64,000 bases of DNA from Octopus vulgaris (Eukaryota), in the NCBI GenBank assembly GCA_951406725.2, contig OX597818.1, positions 18,352,001 to 18,416,000 on the forward strand, in the 5' to 3' direction. Each line of letters starts with the position of its first letter. The first letter of the stretch is position 1. Below are positions 57,948 to 64,000 of this stretch, piece by piece. The position numbers were made by a program, and so were the translations under genes. The notes under the pieces were generated by a model. The model saw only the letters and a program-made list of their open reading frames with translations. It ran no database searches and was not told the DNA's origin.

Positions 57948-58858
57948 TACATAGGTACAGGACGTCACCAACAGTAAACAACATGAAATACGAAAACAAA
58001 TGAGTTCAGCACACAAACAACGAGAGAAACAAAATGGAAAACAGAACAAGTAATATAAAGAACTATCCTTCATCAGTTGTCGGCTCTTTATCTACACCTC
58101 ATTTCGAGCATTGAACGACAATATGACTTTTTCAAGGCAGTTGCTCCCATAAGTACCAAAATAAATTTACCCATGTATGCATATATATATATATATATAC
58201 ATACACATATATATGTATATATATATATATATCATTTATATTATTATTTGATTGAACGCCACGCTTTCATTTCCACGTAAGTTTATCTTAATCTTTTTGA
58301 TGCGTCTCTACTCTATACTGTTTTCTCCCTTTATCGTTTTCTCTCTTATTCTTTCTCTCCTTCACTGTTTTCTATCTGTCTCACTCTCCCCCCTGCTCCT
58401 TCACTCTCTCTCGTTGCTCACACGTGACCATCGTCCCTCTTTCTTTTCTTCACGTGATCATCTTTCTTTTTTCTCAAGGCTGTCATAAAGATTAGACGTG
58501 TCCTGTCTCTCTCCTCTACATTTTCTCTCGTCAAAGAAAATATTTCTCTACCGTTCGCTATTTTACCCTCGTTCGGGTCTAATGAGCCTCCTTGTTTGTT
58601 GTCGTTCAGTTTCCCTGTATGTCTCCACTGCCCTGTTTTTGTTCCCAAATTTGACCATCCATAAATCCAAAATTTTATTTTGGTACTTATGGGAGCAACT
58701 GTCGTTCAATACTCTAAATGAGGAGTAGATAGACAGCCAACAACTGATGAAGGGTCGTTCTTTGTGTTACATGTCCTGTTTTCCATTTGTTGCGTATTGA
58801 ATGCATTGATTTTCGTATTTCAAGTTGTTTAATGTTGGGGACGTCATGTACCCATATA

Positions 58859-58926
<68 letters not shown>

Positions 58927-59601
58927 AGTAATAAGAGAAAGACCATATGTGGTCTTTCTCTTATTACTTGTATTAATAATTTTTACTGTATCTCAGTTTT
59001 TTTACGCTAGGCCACTTGGTGTTTTAAATTGATGTTAGTAATTAATATTCAAGTTTTTCACCCTTATTGTGATTTTAATTATATATATATATATATATAT
59101 AGGTGTGTGTGTGTATGTTTGTATATACATCTATATTAATATATATGCGCATATATGTATAGATAGATAGCATGTATATACGCGTGTAGGAATCAATATC
59201 TATATATGCATATGTAAAATTTATGCGCATACACTTACACGCTCAAACATATATATGTGTATGTGTATATATGTATTTAGTGATAACTCTCTATTGCTTA
59301 ATAACATATGTATTATTTAACATATGGCTTAATGTTTCATTTCATAAATCGTTTCTACTTCACCGGAAATAATTTTTCGTTTGTGAAACATTTTGTTATA
59401 CATTATTTCTTCTCATATTAACATTCTCTGTGACGGAATGATTACATTCCTTCAGAATATTGCAATCCTTTTGTCTTTGATGATGATGCAAGTCTTCCTG
59501 TAATGTCTAACTAATGCACTAATGCTGTATATATTGATCCCATTTATATATGTATATGTGAACATATATATATACGTGTGTGTGTGTGTGCGTGCGTGTG
59601 A

Positions 59602-59661
<60 letters not shown>

Positions 59662-59859
59662 TTATATATATATATATAGACACATATACATACATATACA
59701 TATACGCATAATATATATGTGTGCGTATTTGTATGCGTGTATGTGTGTATGTATATGTGTGTGTATAAAATTTGTAGGGTAGCTCATGATGGAGGTATGT
59801 TGGATTGCTGGTATGGCTCTTTTTGTATATGTGGAATAGTATTATAACACATCCTTTTG

Positions 59860-59923
<64 letters not shown>

Positions 59924-59995
59924 ACATATTTATATAACATGAGTATATATGCATATACAAGTATATATATATCTCTCTATCTCTCACACACTCTG

Positions 59996-60047
<52 letters not shown>

Positions 60048-60055
60048 ATATACAT

Positions 60056-60095
<40 letters not shown>

Positions 60096-60251
60096 TAATA
60101 TTTAGCTGAAGTAACAGATTTAATCAATTTCCGGGAGTTTCATGTGTTGGCACTCACTCAAACTAAGAATACGTACATACTCATATCTTGTGTTTTATCT
60201 TACCTGTTTGCATCAACATACCTATATATAATACATACATGCATACCTATA

Positions 60252-60316
<65 letters not shown>

Positions 60317-60318
<2 letters not shown>

Positions 60319-60886
60319 CCCTGGGTGCCAGAGATTCTTTTCCATCCCAATTACGAAAAAAACCAGATATTTTGATGTGTTGTGAAAGAAGGAAAGTTGT
60401 AAATCTAGTCGAGTTAACGGTTTCTCATGAAGATAATATGGACGCCGCTCGGGCTCGAAAATTTAACCGTCATGTAAACCTCCTCGAGGAATGTGAAGAC
60501 GCAGGCTGGAAAGCGGAACATTTTCCAATCGAAGTCGGATGTAGATGGTTCGCTGGACACAGCGTGAGACGACTGTTGTTATCGCTAGTCCTAACTCATT
60601 GTAAAGTCAATACCACCATGACCGATATCCAATCTACAGTGGAGAAGGCTAGCCACTGCATATGGTTAAAAAGAGACGATGAGCGATTGCTAGAAGGATA
60701 TTGAGCTCTATTTGATAACCAGCTGATCTAGCAAGCGGGGCCTCATATCAGTGGTGCGCATTGATGCCGTCGAGAGGTAGGCCCCGAAACAGCGCGCATT
60801 CTGTCCTGATGACCCCATACACTTGCTGGCTTCCGGTATGCGGAGTTTTTGACTGGTAGCACTTGCATATGCAAGTTGTTTGCAAG
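60317..60886 (+). mobile_element. HERO-type RLE retrotransposon 3' end
   Basis: KPDIL..VELTVSHED..ARK..GWKAEHFPIEVGCR..ASHCIWLKR* followed by a GC-richer 3'UTR; flanked by (TA)n and (CA)n. Confidence 0.8.
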
Positions 60887-60962
<76 letters not shown>

Positions 60963-61729
60963 GTACCGAAGTACATGTAGAAAGATATTCAGGTTATGTA
61001 TACGATTATCTGTATATCACGAGACCTGAATCTAATCAAGAGACGCACATTGCACTAAATGCACGGTCCATAATATACTTCGGATCCAGACAAGATGCTG
61101 GTTCCGACGTAGGTGAATAATAAATAAAGAAATAACAACAGATGGATAATGAGCTATTTCGAACGAAATTAAATCAATAGGATAAAACCGTTTTCATCAG
61201 CTGAATACATGAATCACAACCTTCAAAAACTTTCAGAAGCCAACGGTTTGTGCCACTTCATGATGATATGACCAGTATCCGTCACAAGAATGTTTTGAAT
61301 GTCGTGATTTATTCCTTCACCTGAATAAAACGATTTTTCGTAATAAGTAATTTCTTCGTTAATCAATTAAAACTCGTTGTATATAGCTGTAGTGGATTGA
61401 CATATTATCCATCTGTTTTTATTATATACATACGTACACACACAAACACACTCTCACACACACACACACATACACACTTAGACACACACGCACACATATA
61501 TATGTTGTGTTTTGGTGATCAAAATGAGGGTTTTGACTCTCATTTCTAGCGGATAGATACGTTAATGTGTCCTTATGAGTAATATAATTTTAATTCTATA
61601 GCTATATAATGCTTATTTGGGCCTGCAACTACCTATATTAATATTGTTTGTTATTATGAACTATTTGTATTGCCTTCGATAATAATAACTAATATCTATA
61701 TAAATAGTCGCTTCCGAATATTCCTGCTG

Positions 61730-61990
<261 letters not shown>

Positions 61991-62660
61991 ATATATATTT
62001 ATGTATATATATATATGTATATATATATATGTATATATGTATATATATAAATATATATGTATGTATGTATATATATATATACATCTATGCGAGGCAATAT
62101 ATATATATATGCGTATCTAATGCGCGTGAGTGTGTGTATGTGTGTCTGTATGTGTGTGTGTATATGTGTTTATGTATGTGTGTGCCTGTGTGTGTGTGTG
62201 TATCAATGTATTTAAGTTTGTATGTATTTTGATACGTATGTTTTTATGTTCGCTTTTCTTTCAGGTTTGTTTAATTGCTTTTCACAAAACCAATAGGTTA
62301 TATACAAGTAACAAGGCTTCGACGTTTGCTTTAAGAGAATTCTTGAGATTTGAGATTTGCAATTATACGAATGATTAAATGTTTGTGTTTTATATGCCTG
62401 CATGTGTGGAAATATCTGAAGTCTTGTGATAGGCGTACTTGATACTTCTGTAGATAACTTTACGTAATTAATTGTCATTTACGTATGTATACCAGATGCA
62501 TATATATGAATGTGAATATATATTCATAACCAGAAATTGATATAGCACATCTTTGGACACTAACTAATTTTCATTGTGTTCGTAATCTACTCGAGTTAGT
62601 TTAATTTGTCCTTTGAAAACTCCCAAATCTTCAGGGTTTTACAAAATTCTATTATTATAT

Positions 62661-62865
62661 AATGTGAGGTATACTAGCCATCTCAATATGGCTAACCACT
62701 AAGGGTGGGTGTTACTGTAGCTTGTAGCCCTACGAGGACATCGTCTCCAGCTGGCTTTAGGCACACTTTCTCCAGCTGGAGACGATGTTCTCCTGGGGCT
62801 ACAAGCTACAGTAACACCCACCCTTAGTGGTTAGCCATATTGAGATGGCTAGTATACCTCACATT
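62661..62865. repeat. 94-bp inverted repeat with 17-bp spacer (foldback element)
   Basis: Arms 62661-62754 and 62772-62865 with a few mismatches; arms meet at palindromic ccagctgg. Confidence 0.93.
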
Positions 62866-63758
62866 GTCGTGCAGTTACTGTTTACATTTCGTTCAGAGAT
62901 TTATTATTGCTTATTATTATATATAGCCCGGTGTTTACTATGATAATTGATAAAATGGGAATCCTCAAGCAAGTTGCATGAGCTGTATGACCCGCATTCT
63001 CCCACAATATTTGTTCTCTACAACTTTTGACAAAGTATTCACATTCGTCGGGCAACATACGTGGCACATTGTTAATAGAAAGAAAACAAATGATATCATT
63101 ATGCAATAGAAAGTGACTCCGAGTGTGAGAAAGTGATCATGCTCTGAGATATGCAGAGTCAAAAAGGCAGGAAGATTAGAATAAACGAGATATCACCTGA
63201 GTGATGTATCCGGCTCAATAGACAATAATTTATCTCTAAAAAAAATCAATTCAAATATAGAAAGAGGGACAAGCAAGACATCGATTTCAAATTTTGACAC
63301 TGGGCTAGAAATTTCGGGGAGGGTATAAGTCGATCACATTGAATCCTAGTGCACAAATTGTATTTATTTTATCGAAAGGATGAAAAGCAAAGTCGATTTC
63401 AGGGGAATTTCGATTCAGAACGTTTGGACGGACGAAATATCGCTAAGTATTTTGCCCGACGCGCTATTTTACCAGCTCGCTGCCTTAAACAACATATATA
63501 TTGAGATGGAAAATAATAGCAAGGTATAAAAACAAAAAAATAAGTATCTTGAAAATAATTTAAAAAGAAACAAACATATACACAACCGAACTCTCAGGAC
63601 TTATAGGCGTGGCTGAGTGGCAATAAGTTTGGTTCCCAACCAAATCGTTCCGGGTTTAGGCCCACTGCATGGCATCTTGGACAAGTGTCTTCTACTATAG
63701 CCTCGGGTCGACAAAGCCTTGTGCTTGGATTTAGTTAACAGAAACTGAAAAAAGTCCG

Positions 63759-63827
<69 letters not shown>

Positions 63828-63898
63828 CATACTTACATATGCACACACACACATACACACACATACACACACATACACACACACACACATACACACAT

Positions 63899-63935
<37 letters not shown>

Positions 63936-64000
63936 CACTGACCTCATATGTTGAAGAATATTTTCAATAAAAGAAATACAGGAAAAAATACTGTATACAT

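Larger units (their letters stand above)
56721..58002 (+). repeat. 640-bp tandem duplication (56721-57360 / 57361-58002)
   Basis: Near-identical units with a few substitutions and a 2-bp (TG) length difference; TG microhomology at the junction. Confidence 0.95.

Overview
This is eukaryotic, AT-rich DNA saturated with microsatellites. The SINE repertoire and (TA)n/(TAA)n/(TATC)n load look like an Octopus/cephalopod genome (inference). I can support no host protein-coding gene; nearly all short ORFs in the track are microsatellite read-throughs. The window is a mosaic of: (i) R4/Dong-type RLE retrotransposons sitting in (TAA)n, including a young copy with an open 677-aa RT-CCHC-RLE frame flanked by an 87-bp direct repeat; (ii) Tx1/L1-type LINEs, one family associated with (TATC)n; (iii) CR1-group, HERO and other RLE fragments; (iv) mariner and Tigger remnants; (v) several tRNA-derived SINE families, one moving as a trimer. 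The most striking signal is a set of type I hammerhead ribozyme motifs (CUGANGA...GAAAC...GUH with short palindromic stem III) in at least five unrelated non-coding repeat families. Six copies fold well by eye and about seven more are degenerate. They include a tRNA-headed SINE with a hammerhead tail plus an inverted tail copy and a 13-bp TSD, a hammerhead filling the loop of a perfect 159-bp inverted repeat, and two identical hammerheads 640 nt apart in a tandem duplication. I interpret this as a Penelope-like/retrozyme-type non-autonomous system. All folds were done by eye and no activity is shown.
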